From NCBI RefSeq assembly GCF_000143415.4, contig NW_003314285.1, positions 1,391,370 to 1,455,369 on the forward strand: a DNA stretch of 64,000 bases, in the 5' to 3' direction. The notes beneath the pieces were generated by a model. That model was not told where the DNA came from and searched no databases. It saw only the letters and a list, made by a program, of their open reading frames with translations. The position numbers and the translations under genes were made by a program. Shown here in pieces: positions 1 to 12,178 of this stretch (position 1 is its first letter; the number at the start of each line of letters is the position of its first letter). The DNA comes from Selaginella moellendorffii (Eukaryota; Plantae; Lycopodiophyta).

Positions 1-1585
1 GCTGGCAACGATTTCTTCGCGAACACGCTGCTGGAGTCAATGGGGCCGTTGAAAGTAACGTCGATATCACTGAAGCCTGTGGATCTCTACAGGCAGAAAA
101 GCTGGCAAAATGGATCTGCCCCGTCTGTTGGTGACAAGAACGTCATTTATGTGGCCAAAGAACAAAAGCCGGACGCATCGTCGGCTGCACAACCGGCATC
201 TCTTCCAAGTTCGCCTCAAAGTTCGTCACCTTCTGCTCTGTCGCCATCAGTTTCATTCTCCAAGTTTTTAGTACCTTCTGCTTTGCCGCCGTCGTCACCG
301 TCTCCAAAGGTGGAGAAAGTCTTGGTTTCACAACCGGTGACAACTGCAAGTCCATTGTCGAAGTCCATCCAGGTAGCAGTTCCTCCTCCGCCGCCGCCAC
401 CACCACCGCCACCGCCACCGCCACCGCCAATGTCACTGCCACCACAAAAGCCTTCTATTCCACTAGCAGCTGTGAACAAAACGAGAACAAATGACGAGGA
501 GCACTGCAATGTCAAGTCAGGAAACGGAGTTAATGGCCATGGTGCTCACAATGGCAACGGTCATTCGACTATGCTAAGCGGTAATGGTCATTCAACCATG
601 GCAAATGGCAATGGTCACTCAAGCATCGGAAACGGGAAAAACCATGCTATCACGGATGGACCAGTTGTACCAGTTGAGGACGTGTTGCTAGCAATGCCAG
701 GTAAATTTTTTATCTTTCTTTTTGCGACTTGGAAATGCTAAGTCATAAGTTTGTTGCAGAAGCGCTGCCAAGTACGAGAAATATTATGATCACGTCGGAA
801 GAAGGAAGGTATGTCACCAAATTCAACTCAATGGCATTTTCTTATGTTTGTTTCTCTAGGCTGGTGTCCCTTGACGAAGGTCTTGAGCTGGTGCTTGAAG
901 GCGCCGAAATCAGCAAGGAAAACAGGCGGGTGGCCAAGACAAATTTTCTTGATGCGTTCGAAGACGGTACAGTTCCTTGCACTGTGATTTGTTTCGGTAG
1001 CTAAAATCATTCTGCAGATATGGAGGAGCTTGGAAAAATTCTTGAGAAATATTCTAAGCTTGTACAAAAGTTCCCATTACAGCCACAGGTTTGCTATGAT
1101 CTAGTGGCTGCTTGGGAGGAGCATTGCCTTGATCTTATGACCACGGACGAGCTGGTTTGTAATGCTTTTCAAATTTGTGCGTCTGATTATACACTTGTTT
1201 ACAGGCTAGATATGGCCGTTCCATCGCTTCATATGACATCTGCCGCACCGATAATCCTGAGGTCGCAATACAAGAAGCAAAGCGAAAGTTCCAAGGCCTC
1301 CTGAAACTTCGAAGGCAAGTGCTTCAACTTTAATCTTCTTGCTTTTCTCTAACTGCATCGATTAGAGAGCAAGAATGGAAGGAAAAATCAAAGCAGTTGA
1401 AAGGAGACATGTCGGCGGAGCTAGCGAGGGCTGTTGGCGAGCGCAAGGTTCTTTTACATCGCTGTTTGAGTTTTGTGGTCTCAAAATTTTTATTCTGGCA
1501 GGAGAGACTGAGCGCAGACGTTGCAAAAGATGAACTCAAGGCAATGTCGAAGGGCAAAATCCAGAGGAAGAAGAAACAAAGTTGA
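1..1585 (+). CDS. Multi-exon proline-rich protein of unknown function, 5' end outside window
   Basis: Open frame from base 1 with poly-Pro and NGNGH repeats. Short GT-AG introns join exons EALPSTRNIM, LVSLDEGLEL, MEELGKILEK, ARYGRSIASY, IREQEWKEK and ERLSADVAKD...KKKQS* (stop 1583-1585). No family recognised. Confidence 0.7.
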
Positions 1586-1772
1586 CATCGGAACTAGAAT
1601 GAGGAACATGGTAACAAGACAGGGTCCCATTTTAATGGAGGAAGGCGATGTTTTACTCTTATCACAGACACAGAGAATTATCACATAAGCCATCCTATCA
1701 GATGTGTAAGATCGATCACATTTAACTGTACTAAATGCTTATGAAGTAATTGGCACCTCAAACCACAACTTA

Positions 1773-1800
1773 CATTCATTCATTCATTCATTCATTCATT
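1773..1800. repeat. (CATT)7 microsatellite
   Basis: Read directly. Confidence 0.9.
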
Positions 1801-2187
1801 AACTGTTTACAGGCTCTCCAAGAAGCATGAGACGGACAGATTATAATAAGCTGTTTTAATGATCTCATGAGCCATTTGTTCGATGAGCTCCTCTAGGTCT
1901 TCTACCACCACGCCTTCTGTCCTTGCCCTTTATTTCACCGACGTACCTATTACCTTTACAACCCAGCTAAGCACCTGGTACCACAAGCCACTTACTTTTG
2001 GGTGTTTTTTCCTCTTCTTGGTACCAATGCCATCAACTCTACACAAACAATGCCACCTGCCATACATTTAAACGTGTGCAATAGAGACCTTCCACCTTCA
2101 CACACACACACACTCACTATATAAATCCATGCTCTACCATTCTCACAATTACCTTTCTTTCTTCAGTGAGAGCAACTAAAACAGCAA

Positions 2188-3690
2188 TGTCTTCTGTGCT
2201 TCTTGCTTCACCAGCATCCGCACCTGTGACAAAGGCTAAGTCTGTTGGACGTGATTCCAACCATGACGAGGCTTTGTCTGAAGACCGCTATGGAGACTTC
2301 GTCAGTAGCATTAACGAGTCAATCTTTGATCACAAGGGGGATAAGTTCTACTTGTATCCGCGCTATGGCAAGAGCGAGCACCTGGCAAAAACTGGTCTTC
2401 CGGAGCTGGACGAGCGCTACACAATAACCCGCTACATCTATGCAACAGTTCATGGATACGCACCGTCTGCATGGTTTGGCTTCGTTGCCGTATCTACGCC
2501 GCAGCAGAGCGAGTATCTTGGCTGCCGTGAAATCGTTGTTGAACTATATCCGACGCGGAATGGCATCAAAATCTATTCAAAGCAAATATGGTGACTTGTG
2601 ATAGAATTGATCCGTCCAAAAAAGCTCGTGTTCATTGTGGATTCTATAGCATATACAGCTCCACCAATGAAGCTCATGCGTTTGGGGAGCCGAGCCTGAG
2701 GAACCAGATCTTCAAGGAGGTAGAGGAGCTTGTTTCTTCTGGCGACAACAAGAAAGACGTGAGGATTGTGTGTGCCGGCCATAGCCTGGGCTCGTCTCTC
2801 GCAACCTTGGCTGCAGCTGACCTGAGCATCAACTTTGCTAGCAGCCGCAGCAATGTCAAGGTCCACCTCGTTGCTTATGCTTCACCCAAAGTGGGCAATG
2901 CGGAATTCAAGCGCCTGGCGGAGAGCCAGTCCACCTTGGTGATTACACGATACAGTGGGGTTGGGGATTTCGTACCACACGTTCCAATATACGATGCTGT
3001 TGAAAGCTGGATTGGGGCAATTCCAAGTCACTTCCCTATCACATACTATCACCATGTCGGGAAAGAGCGAAAGCCAGACTGGACAAAGTCACCATACGTT
3101 CAACCATGGTTACTCAATGTACTTAGCACACGTGTTTGAATGATATTTCTACAGATGTTTTTCATCAGGAACACAACATTTTTGGTGCAAGCTTAATGGC
3201 AGAACCGGATGGCGCCTTCGCCAGAGTCAAGACATATTTTGGAGTTTGCCACAATCTCCAACTCTACCTACACACCATTGCAGCACAATCCTTTGTCCCC
3301 GAGCACCTGCTCAAGCTCTCGGCCCAACCGCTCCAAACCCCCGCGTTCAAAGAGGCGATGGAGATCCTTAACAAGAGATACGGGGAGGAGGGCATGGAAG
3401 CCTTGGCTCCATTCTACAAGGATTTGGCGTACCTGGAAGAGGTTGCAACCATGAAAGAAGCAGCCCCAAAATTCAAGAAGGCCAGGCTTGAACTTGAACC
3501 CTCCCCATTTGATGCAAGAGACTGTGCTTTGCTCAACAAGCAAGCTGACATCCTCAAGGAGGAGTTTGGAGTTCCAGTGTCATGGGTACTGCCGCCAAAC
3601 AAGGATATGAAGCTGGAAGATGGGAAATGGCTTCCTCGATCGAAGAGGATTGATGATATCCCTGAACCCGACAACCCGGAATACAACTGA
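2188..3690 (+). pseudogene. Phospholipase A1 (DAD1/PLA1-II-like, lipase class 3) with apparent frameshift
   Basis: Motifs RYGDF, YTITRYIYAT, VHCGFYSIY, GHSLG (nucleophile), YASPKVGN, DFVPHVP and CHNLQLYLH. Frame breaks at about 2541 where IVV(AWRG)T has lost its core. Intron about 3119-3168. TATA at about 2117. Confidence 0.8.
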
Positions 3691-4339
3691 AGTACCAAAT
3701 CGATGCATGCTGTGAAGATAAGAATTAATCCTCAGCATGTTGTGCACGCTTGCAAATGCTCTGATCTGGAAACCAAGTGATCAAGTTTTAAAACAAAAAT
3801 GGAACCAAATGGTCGCTGTCGTGCTCGCTGTCGCCAAAGCTACGTGAAATTGATCATGAAAGAATCTCCTTCCAGGGAGAAAAATCTGGTCTCGGCCAAT
3901 CGGACTCCGAACGCTAGCACCTGCCCATTGCAATTGCCGATCTTCAGTTGCTCAACTCCTGCTGAGAGAGATAAAGAACCTGGTTTTCTCGGGACGAAAA
4001 GGCTTTTTGCACAGACGCCGGACTCAAGTACATTATCGCTATTGCAATAACTCATTCCCACCCGCCTATCCTCTTATGCTCAATCTGATAGGCATTGATT
4101 TGAACTATGGGATGCTAAGTAGTGATTGATTTGAACCACCCTCAGCCTCTACCAGAGAGGGAGTCTATCCAAATGAAATTATATGTTCCCAAGCACTTCC
4201 CAAGTAGTAAATATATCGTCCTAAGGTGGAACCCATGAAGCCTAGGATGCCAGGAGGATCTTGGTAAAGTTATCACCGGGAACATATGCGGCATAGCACC
4301 TGCAACCCTTGATCTTCCCCACTTTCACCGAGGGTTTTT

Positions 4340-5706
4340 ATGGAGAGAAGTGGAGTGGCGCTGGGGTTTACGCGGAAGCCTAGCAGATCATGGAGCGATT
4401 TTCCCAGCAAAGCTGGCGGAGCACCGGTATGTCGTGTTTGGTTCTCAGCTATAGCTTCTTTTTGGCTGATGGCGGTAGAGATGCAGGTGTGGCTGGATCC
4501 ACAAAACCTGCCGCCCATGGCCGATGCTTGCTGCGGGTTTTGCAAGGAACCCCTGCAGTTCTTGCTCCAAGTAAGCATTCTGTCCAGAGCGATTGAGCTG
4601 AAAAGAGTGTGCAGGTCTGTGTGCCTCTTCCCGAAGGAGACGATGAGAACAGATTCACTCTACTGGTTTTCATGTGCCCAAAGATGGCTTGTTTAAATCT
4701 GGACCAAGCTCAACAGAGCCAAGAAACGTCCCACAGAAGGTATCATTTCTTCCTCCCATTTTGTCCGCTAAGCTGCTTGCAGCGTCAAAGTTTTTCGAGC
4801 TCAAGTAGCTGCTCGGAGAAACGATCCGAATGGAGGTACAGTTTCAAGCTTGCAACTCAGATGTTCAGGCAGAGTGTTTTACAGTCCAACTTTGCGACTG
4901 GTGCCACACTTGGAAAGGTGGAAGTCAGTGTGGGGGTTGCAGGAAGATCAGCTACTGTTCCCGCAAGCATCAAGTTAGTGTATCTGTTTCTTTCTTGAAT
5001 CTCCTTCTGCTATTTGTGTTGAGCATTTCGAGCATTTTTGTAGGTGGAACACTGGCAAGCTGGTCATTCGTACTCGTGCAAGGATTCATCGTCGGACAAG
5101 AGAGCAGAAAAGAAGACCCTGTGGCACGAATTCGAGCTGGAGTTTAGCGAAGAAGAAGGAAGCGAGGAGGAAGAGGAAGACGAGGAAGCAGCTGATGCTG
5201 ATGATCCTGGCATTGTTCCAGCAACCAATCTCGAGGGCTTCCAAGAGGTAACAGAGAGTTCTCGTTTCTTGGTTTTCAAGGCTCGCCTCGACCGTTGATA
5301 GGCATCGAGAGAAGACAGCTTCTGGGCGGCATTCCAGGCCCGGATGACAAGAGCTCCCAGCCAAGTCTTGAGGCTTGGATCAAGCCGGGCAGGAGACTCG
5401 CAGCCGCTGTGGATGAAACTCGAAGGCCAAGCTAGCGACGCCGACATCCCTTCGTGCCAACTTTGTGGAGCTCCTCGTGTCTTCGAGTTTCAGGTATGGG
5501 ATTCCAGAAAAGAAACGTGAATTTTCTTGCTGCTGCTTGATATCGACTACTTGTTTCAGGTGATGTCGCAGCTGCTCTACTTTTTCGGCGTGGAGAACGA
5601 GAGAGACTCGCTTGACTGGGGAACCATAGCGGTGTATTCGTGCCGGGACTCGTGTCCAGCCGAGGGTTACGTGCAAGAGTTTGCATGGGTCCAATCCTCT
5701 CCGTAG
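4340..5706 (+). CDS. PDCD2: Programmed cell death protein 2 (zf-MYND + PDCD2_C)
   Basis: FPSKAGGAP-VWLDP, CGFCKEPLQFLLQ, MYND finger (CDWC..CGGCRKISYCSRKHQVEHW), CQLCGAPRVFEFQVMSQLL and DWGTIAVYSCRDSC across several short introns. Stop TAG 5704-5706. Confidence 0.9.
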
Positions 5707-5898
5707 ATCCTGATAGCTTTGATCTGCTCGAAGCTCTAAAGCTATAGTAGACAAGAAATAGTTTGAGAGTACAAATTTGTGATATTACAGGACTTCAAAT
5801 GATACAAAGAATGCTATGCCACTGAAAGTTACATAAGCTGCTGTGAACAAAGCAAGGAACAAGAGAAAACAATAACTGTACACTGATAGAAACACGTC

Positions 5899-6915
5899 TT
5901 AGGCCTCCACCGTGCTCGGTTGGAAGCAGCAAAAGCTCTTTTTCTAAGAAGAAGAAGACATCATATAAGCCCATAGAAAGAGAACAGTAAATCCATACAT
6001 ACCGTGGATGTCGTCTTTTGCGATGCACTAGTTCTTCTCTCCGGGTACAAATCCTTTTCGTCAACACCCAACGGTGGGACGTGCACGGATCCTCCAGCCT
6101 TTTTCTCATTCCTTGCGTTGGTGAAGATCATCGTGAATCCATCACCGGACGCCGGATCGTTTGCATCCCAAGCACCAAACTTTGGCAGCACTGCTGCTTT
6201 CTCTGGCTGCCCAAGGGAACCAAAGAACGATCAATCCAAATGCTAGGCTAGAAGAAAGAAGAAAAGAGTTTTAAAACTTACAGGGGGGACTTCCATGTTG
6301 GTACTCGACTTTGGTCGCAATCTCCCTGGCGTGGAGGATCCTTCCTTTCGCTCCCACGCCGGCGATGCACTGCGATGGTTTCCATTTCTTCCCTGGTGCA
6401 GTGGCGATTTAAATGCCGGCGAGGAGGAACTCTCGCGCTCCGAGTGTGAGTGCCCAATCAGTCGAGGGCCACCGTCATCTTTCCCGAACGGAACGTAGCG
6501 CGAGTCGTCAATGAGAATTCTCTGTGTAGGAGGATCGATTTGCCTGTGAGGTCTTGGAGGAGCTCCTCCTCCATCTCCTCCTCCATACCCATTTCCAATT
6601 CCAAATCCTTCGCTGCTGCCAGCGTCGTCACTGCTGCTCCCTTTCCTGGCGTGGTGGTGACTTCCTGTGGGATTTATCTTCTGTGGATGAGGATTTCGCA
6701 CTCTCGCGGCCAGCACCTCGCTGGGATCCGTCATCCTCGCCGCCCTCGCAACCTCAAACACCTCCGTGAAGGCCGCATTGAGTCCATCGCTCGAGTCCCA
6801 ACTCCCAAACTTTGGAATCCTTGTCCTTCTCTGCCAAATCCGACACGAGAGCCGTGAGCGATGCTCGAAATCCCGGCCGCTGTGCAGCAAACGATCGATT
6901 TCCACTCACCGACAT
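5899..6915 (-). CDS. RIN4: RIN4/NOI-family immune regulator
   Basis: Two NOI domains (IPKFGSWD...FTEVF and LPKFGAWD...DGFTMIF). Last exon KKSFCCFQPSTVEA* carries the C-terminal Cys lipidation motif. Micro first exon ATG-TCG then gtgagt. Confidence 0.9.
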
Positions 6916-7099
6916 TGAAGATCGAAATCCCGGAAGAAGCAGCCGGCTCTAGCGAGCGCGCGTCACGCCTGGAGGAAGAGCTCGCCTAGAGTGGAAGAAG
7001 AAGAAACAAGACTAGGGTTTCACGCGGCCATAGCCGCGAAAGAGAGAATGTTATGTGGACGCCAGTCCAGCAAATCCCAACTGGCGGGAAAGTGATATT

Positions 7100-7160
7100 C
7101 CCGCCACGTGGTCATCCACCATTGGGCATAAATAAAAGTGCTCTTGCCGCTTCACGTGGC
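7100..7160. promoter_or_regulatory. Two G-boxes (CACGTG) in the divergent RIN4/PPR intergenic region
   Basis: gccacgtgg at about 7103 and tcacgtggc at about 7152, in the 314-bp head-to-head spacer. Confidence 0.5.
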
Positions 7161-7229
7161 AGAGGGCCATACGTCCAGCTCATAAAGCACAATCAACGTG
7201 GTACCCTAGATTCCCACAAGATGCGCTAG

Positions 7230-9440
7230 ATGCCTACAAAATGCCCAGGAGAGGAGCTCGCCACCGCCGGCTTCTCGCGCCTGGATCGCTGCGCCGACAC
7301 TCTCAAATCGTGCCGATCGCTCATCCAAGCCCGGATCCTCCACGCTCAGATCGTCGCCTCGCCCCAATTCTCCAAATCGCCAGTGTTCTTTCTTAATCTT
7401 GTCGTGGAGATGTATGGGCGATGCGGCGGCATCTCGGAGGCGAGGAGTGTCTTCTATTCCATCGCGCCCAAGGACCAATTCTCTTGGAATCTCATGCTGG
7501 GAGTATATGCCCGGCACGGGCATCTCGACGAGGCTAGGAGCGTCTTCGATGCGATGCCGGAGCGCGATATCGCGTCTTGGAATTGTCTCATCTCTGCGCT
7601 TTCTAGATCCGGTCGATTGGAAGAATGCAAGGAACTCTTTACTTCTATGCCGGATCGGAGTATAGTCTCATGGAACATCATCCTCACAGCATATGCCCGA
7701 AAGGGGCATATTGACGATGCTAAAACAGTGTTCTCTTCCATCCCAAATCCAAACTTGGTTTCTTACAACGCAATCCTGGCTGCTATCATCAACAATTTCG
7801 ATCTCTTGGAAGTCAGAGAATTTTTTGATTCGATGCCGCAGCGAGACACAGTTTCTACAACTGCGATTCTTGCAGCATTTGCCCAAAATCGGCATCTTGA
7901 AGATGCAAAATCCCTGTTTTTCACTATGCCCGACAAAGATTTGGTCGCGTGGAACGCGATGCTATCCGGCTATGCTCACGACGGCGATTTGGAAGAACTC
8001 GACCACCTCTTTTCAATAATGCCTCTCTGGAACACTGTCTCGTGGACTGCTTTGCTCGTCGCCTATGCTCAAAGAGGCTACGTCGAGAAAGCCAACACTC
8101 TGTTCCATGAAATGCCGAGCTGGGACCTCGTCTGCAACAACGCGATGCTGAACAGCTATGGCGAGAACGGGCACCTCGAGAAAGCCATCCTTTTCTTTCA
8201 GGGTATGAAACAGCGGGATCTCTCGTCCTGGAACTCGATGCTCTCGGCTTATGCCCAGGAGGGACTGATGATCCAAGCCGGGAACTTGCTTGAATCCATG
8301 CCGGAGCAAGACCTTTTGTCCTGCAATCTGATGCTCTCTGCACACAACCGGGCTCGTCAGCTCGCGGAAGCAAAGAAGATCTTCGACAAAATGCCTTACC
8401 AGAACTTGTATTCGTGGAACAACATCCTGTGCGCCTATGCGCAGCACGAGGACGTCTCTCGCACGAAGAACCTGTTTGATGCGATGCCCTCGAGGGATCT
8501 CACCTCCTGGAACATAATGCTCTCGATCTTCTGCGCCACCTTCCAGCTCGAGAAAACCAAGGCGCTGTTTGATTCCATGCCGGAGCTCAACGTCGTCTCG
8601 GAGACGTCCATGCTCACTGCCTATGCGAGCTTCGGCCACCTCGAAGAAGCCAAGAGCTTGTTCGATGGGATCCGAGACAAGGACCAGATTGCCTGGAACG
8701 CAATGCTATCAGTTTTCGCTCAAAGTGGTTACCTGGAGAGTGCTAGAAACTTGTTTGACGAGATGCCAGACAGGGACAACGTTTCGTGGAATGCGTTGCT
8801 CTCCGCTTACGCTCAAAACGGGGACTTGGAAACCGCTAAGGAGATCCTCTACGCGATGCCGGAGAGAGAGCCAGCGTCTTGGAACTCGATGCTTTGTGCG
8901 TACGTTCGCAAGGGACATCTTGAGGACTCAAGGAAGATCTTTGATGCAATGCCGGAGCAAGACGTGGTTTCGTGGACGGCGCTTGTGGCTCTGTATTCGC
9001 ACAACGAGCAAAAGTTTGCAGACGCGTTCGAGCAATTTGGAAGAATTGGATTGGAAGGTGGCAGTCCTGACCTTGACTGCTTCACTTGCATCTTAAACGG
9101 AAGCAGTCACGCCGGCGATCCAGAGCTCGGCCGCTCGTACTTTTGTTCCATGTCCGCTGACTTCGGTTTGCAACCAAACAAGCTGCACCACGGCTGCATG
9201 ATCGATCTCTTGGCTCGCTCCGGACACCTTGGAGCCGCGCAAGAACTTATCTCTACCATGCCGTTCCTTCCGGATGCTCACGACTGGACTTGCTTCATGA
9301 CGGCTTGCAAGAAACACCGGGACCTGGATGCTGCTGCGGGCGCTGCCCAACTAGCTCTCAAGAACGAAGCAAGGGACGCTGGGCCTTACGTGCTCCTCGC
9401 AAACATCTTCCGGGGAGATTCGAAGCCGACTGTCGAGTGA
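7230..9440 (+). CDS. PLS-class (E-type) pentatricopeptide repeat protein, intronless
   Basis: 736-aa ORF of 31-aa SS-type repeats (FDAMPERD.VSWNA.L.AYAQ.G) and C-terminal MIDLLARSGHL...PYVLLANI E motif. No DYW. Confidence 0.95.
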   Translation: MPTKCPGEELATAGFSRLDRCADTLKSCRSLIQARILHAQIVASPQFSKSPVFFLNLVVEMYGRCGGISEARSVFYSIAPKDQFSWNLMLGVYARHGHLDEARSVFDAMPERDIASWNCLISALSRSGRLEECKELFTSMPDRSIVSWNIILTAYARKGHIDDAKTVFSSIPNPNLVSYNAILAAIINNFDLLEVREFFDSMPQRDTVSTTAILAAFAQNRHLEDAKSLFFTMPDKDLVAWNAMLSGYAHDGDLEELDHLFSIMPLWNTVSWTALLVAYAQRGYVEKANTLFHEMPSWDLVCNNAMLNSYGENGHLEKAILFFQGMKQRDLSSWNSMLSAYAQEGLMIQAGNLLESMPEQDLLSCNLMLSAHNRARQLAEAKKIFDKMPYQNLYSWNNILCAYAQHEDVSRTKNLFDAMPSRDLTSWNIMLSIFCATFQLEKTKALFDSMPELNVVSETSMLTAYASFGHLEEAKSLFDGIRDKDQIAWNAMLSVFAQSGYLESARNLFDEMPDRDNVSWNALLSAYAQNGDLETAKEILYAMPEREPASWNSMLCAYVRKGHLEDSRKIFDAMPEQDVVSWTALVALYSHNEQKFADAFEQFGRIGLEGGSPDLDCFTCILNGSSHAGDPELGRSYFCSMSADFGLQPNKLHHGCMIDLLARSGHLGAAQELISTMPFLPDAHDWTCFMTACKKHRDLDAAAGAAQLALKNEARDAGPYVLLANIFRGDSKPTVE

Positions 9441-9790
9441 GCTCGATCTTTCCCATCTTCCAGAGCTTCATCGAGATGTTCTTCGCTAAACTTGGTAGCT
9501 GTGGCGGGCCGGAAGCATGGTGCATGGAAATTTGTCAAACACCATCTTGCTTCTCAAAGGTGTTCACGGCAACCTGTTTCTCCTAGCTCCCGACCGGGCC
9601 ACTTCCAAGCATGCAGATCCTTCTTGACACGGACTTCTACGGTTCCAGCCGAATTCGCAGCGGGAGATCCACCTGCCCAGCACGATAGCACAAGCTATTC
9701 GTGCCTTGCAAGATAACCACTCCGTAGTGACTAAAATCTTTTAAGGCACAAGAAATCAGCTTGAGAAGGTGATGAAGATAAGAAAAATAA
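9440..9790 (-). pseudogene. Decayed copy of the 3' end of the SnoaL/UVR gene plus a scrap of the EMB2737-like gene
   Basis: 9445-9700 aligns with indels to 12100-12420. 9724-9790 matches 13594-13660. Confidence 0.75.
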
Positions 9791-10519
9791 ATGTGATGGA
9801 TTTTAAATGAAAGAAGATTTGAAAATAAGGTTCAACACCGTTTTCAGTCAATTGACACCTTTTCCAGTGGTTTAGCACCACTTAAATTTGTTATTGGGCC
9901 ATGACCAATTACTTATTGCTAGATTTTTTCCAAGAAGTATCTCGCAGCAGTGATCAAAAGTAATTGCTGGGCTTGAAGAATGGTTAGTGGTGGCATCATC
10001 CACCACTCGGAGGAAAGCTAAAAGAGAGGAATAGCTCATCATAGTTGCTGCAATTCAACAAAAAGAAATTCTCTTGATTTTACTATGTTTTATTTGTTAC
10101 CAATGATCACTGCTAAGCACGTGGCATCAAATAAGTTACCTTCATCTTCTTAGCACGTACCATAATCTCCCTAGAGCTTATTTTGTGTTTCCTTTAGTGG
10201 TGGAGATGACATTAGCACAAAACTGCTTTGCTTTTATTTTTATTTTCTCTTTTTATGTTCTACATTCTTGTGATTCCTGTTAGAATCGACGGTTGGCGTT
10301 AGGTTAAAATATTCGGTTAAGCTCTCGCTAGAACCCTAACAACAGGGTATAAGCCCTAAAGTGGTTGGAAGATAGTTCTCTTACAAGGCACGAATAGCTT
10401 GGATTGCAGCGGGAAATCCACCTCCGGTCCCAGCATCACCTCCCAGCGATGCCCATGTCAAGGGAGATACGTGCTTGGAATTTGGTGTAACGGTGTGGCA
10501 AATTTGAAAACTTATTTCT

Positions 10520-11796
10520 GGAAGATAGGAAAGAACTGGACAGCAGGCTCGAGCATCTGAACGGCATGACGGAAATGAGCTCCTACACTGAGCGAAGTGA
10601 TCATACAGCTTTGGTTGCAAACCACTTGAGTGAAAAGCTGGTGAGGTTCTTCGAGGAAGATTGTGAATAATGCACTGGAGTCGTCAAGAAGGGGGCAAAT
10701 ACTTCAGCAAGGATCACAGTGCTCTGCCACCAAAAATCAAAGCACGGCGACTACCTCGGTACTCCCGCTTGAAAGGACCTTGGTACCACCGCTACAACCT
10801 TGGTGAGGATAGAGCCAGAGCTCGCTACCACCACCCTTGAGCTCTATCCTTGGTGCAGACACCACTCTTGAGCTTGGTGAGGATCAATTCTTGGTCCGGA
10901 GCTCGGTGCTCCCCTCGTGATGAGCTGCCTCGCAACTCGTAAACCATTTTTCCCATCCGTCAGGTGACGTGTGAGCAACACTGGTGATGAATAAATCCCC
11001 ACTCCTAACAGTTGTAACTTTGGAATCGATGGCGGGAGTGGCTCCTCAACGTCGATGAGGTTGACGCAGAACAATGTAACGAAGAATGCCTGCCCAGCGC
11101 CATCATCACCACGCCCAAAGCGTGTTTAGTCGTCAAGAACCACAGCCGCAGACATGAGGCTTGGTTGGATCCTCAAGGAACACTTGATCCCTGGAATCCA
11201 GTGATGAGCTCACGTCCCAGGCTCGAAACACAAACATCCGCTCCTGCGCGCTTGGGCGACTGCCAACAACATCCTTCACCACCCTCACCAGTCGCCTCCA
11301 GTTGATAGTGTCAACCAAAAACTCGGGGAAAAACTCCGAGTTCCCGGTGCAGAAGATAACGAGCTGCTTCGCCACCACCGGGTACTCGCCGTCCTCCCTC
11401 TTATAACACCACCCTGGCAGCTTTCTCGAGCTCCCCCAGGTTTGGAACGCCGTCGCCATCCTTGACAGCCCAAACTTTCCATCCCAGCACCTCGTCCTCC
11501 AGCCTCTCTGTGGGGGAAAGCTTGTAGAACTGCCCAGCTCTCACCACCATCCGGCGCAAGAAGCGATCCTCTCCAGCCGCCGCCACCGCATTGATCATGG
11601 AATACGCAGTGGTATCGCAGACATACGAGTCCAGCACGGACGTGGGCATGTTGTAGAAGTCCCTCCCCTCGAGCTGCGGTGGGTCGTAAGGATCGATGTC
11701 CACCGTCGGGTCCAGTTTGAAATTCCACTCCGAGGACGTATCCTCGAACGTGCTCACCACGGTAAAATTCCCCAAGGTAAAGTTCTCATTTTTCAT
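10520..11796 (-). pseudogene. Disrupted gene of unknown family
   Basis: GC-rich coding-like frame MKNENFTLGNF...AARVVL* continues in another frame as REDGEYPVVAKQLVIFCTGN. Further broken frames extend to about 10520. Confidence 0.45.
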
Positions 11797-11924
11797 GCTT
11801 GCCTCTTCTCGAACGTCTATATTGCATCTGACTGCAAAGTTGTGTTCTTGAGCTCCGCAGGACAGATCGCTAGTCCGGAGCTGCTTCAGAAGGTGCTGGC
11901 GATGAGTTCGACTGCCTGATCTTT

Positions 11925-12095
11925 TGCTCCGTGTCTGCCAACTTTGGTTTGCAACCAAACAAGCTGCATTGGCTCGCTCCAGAACAGCGCAGCGTTCCGA
12001 ATGCTCATGCTCATGACGAAACAGCAAGACCTGGATGCTGCTGCAGCCGCTGCCCAACCAGCTCTCAAGAACGAGACATCCTTACGTGCCTCGAT
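11925..12095 (+). pseudogene. Decayed copy of the 3' end of the PPR at 7230-9440
   Basis: SANFGLQPNKLH...DLDAAAAAAQPALKNE matches 9145-9400 with deletions. Confidence 0.85.
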
Positions 12096-12178
12096 TCCAG
12101 TCCGATCTTCCCCATCTTCCAGAGCTGCGTCGAGTTTCTCGGAAAAAGAAGTTTTTGTAGATGTTCTTCGAAGAAATT

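Noticed and set aside
7230-9440. 93-bp periodicity resembling a repeat array or CRISPR
   Set aside because: It is the 31-aa PPR coding repeat. There are no identical repeats with unique spacers, and the context is eukaryotic.
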